A DNA stretch of 38,361 nucleotides, taken from contig NC_068991.1 of assembly GCF_001194135.2 (NCBI RefSeq), positions 29,859,688 through 29,898,048 of the forward strand, given 5' to 3'. Below, piece after piece: positions 38,330 through 38,361 of this stretch (position 1 is its first letter; every line of letters begins with the position of its first letter). The notes under the pieces were generated by a model that saw only the letters and a list, made by a program, of their open reading frames with translations, ran no database searches and had not been told where the DNA came from. The position numbers were made by a program, and so were the translations under genes. The stretch comes from Octopus bimaculoides. Taxonomy: Eukaryota.

Positions 38330-38361
<32 letters not shown>

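Overview
AT-rich eukaryotic non-coding DNA with ten assembly gaps and dense di-, tri- and tetranucleotide microsatellites. The SINE/LINE repertoire looks like an Octopus genome (recalled from known families, not verified). I cannot support any intact host protein-coding gene. Nearly all ORF-track entries are microsatellite or N-gap artefacts, and the few real peptide matches are transposon relics. These relics are two Tc1/mariner deletion derivatives, two Chapaev3-like transposase relics, a hAT/Charlie-type MITE, six R4/Dong-type (RLE) LINE fragments mostly nested in (TAA)n arrays, a CR1-group LINE, and several tRNA-derived SINE families. The most interesting object is a 434-bp insertion (19977-20410) with a perfect 13-bp target-site duplication and ~90-bp inverted arms. 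Its arms carry a minimal type I hammerhead-ribozyme motif, consistent with a non-autonomous Penelope-like retroelement. This fits known biology. I found nothing I can defend as a wholly new system.
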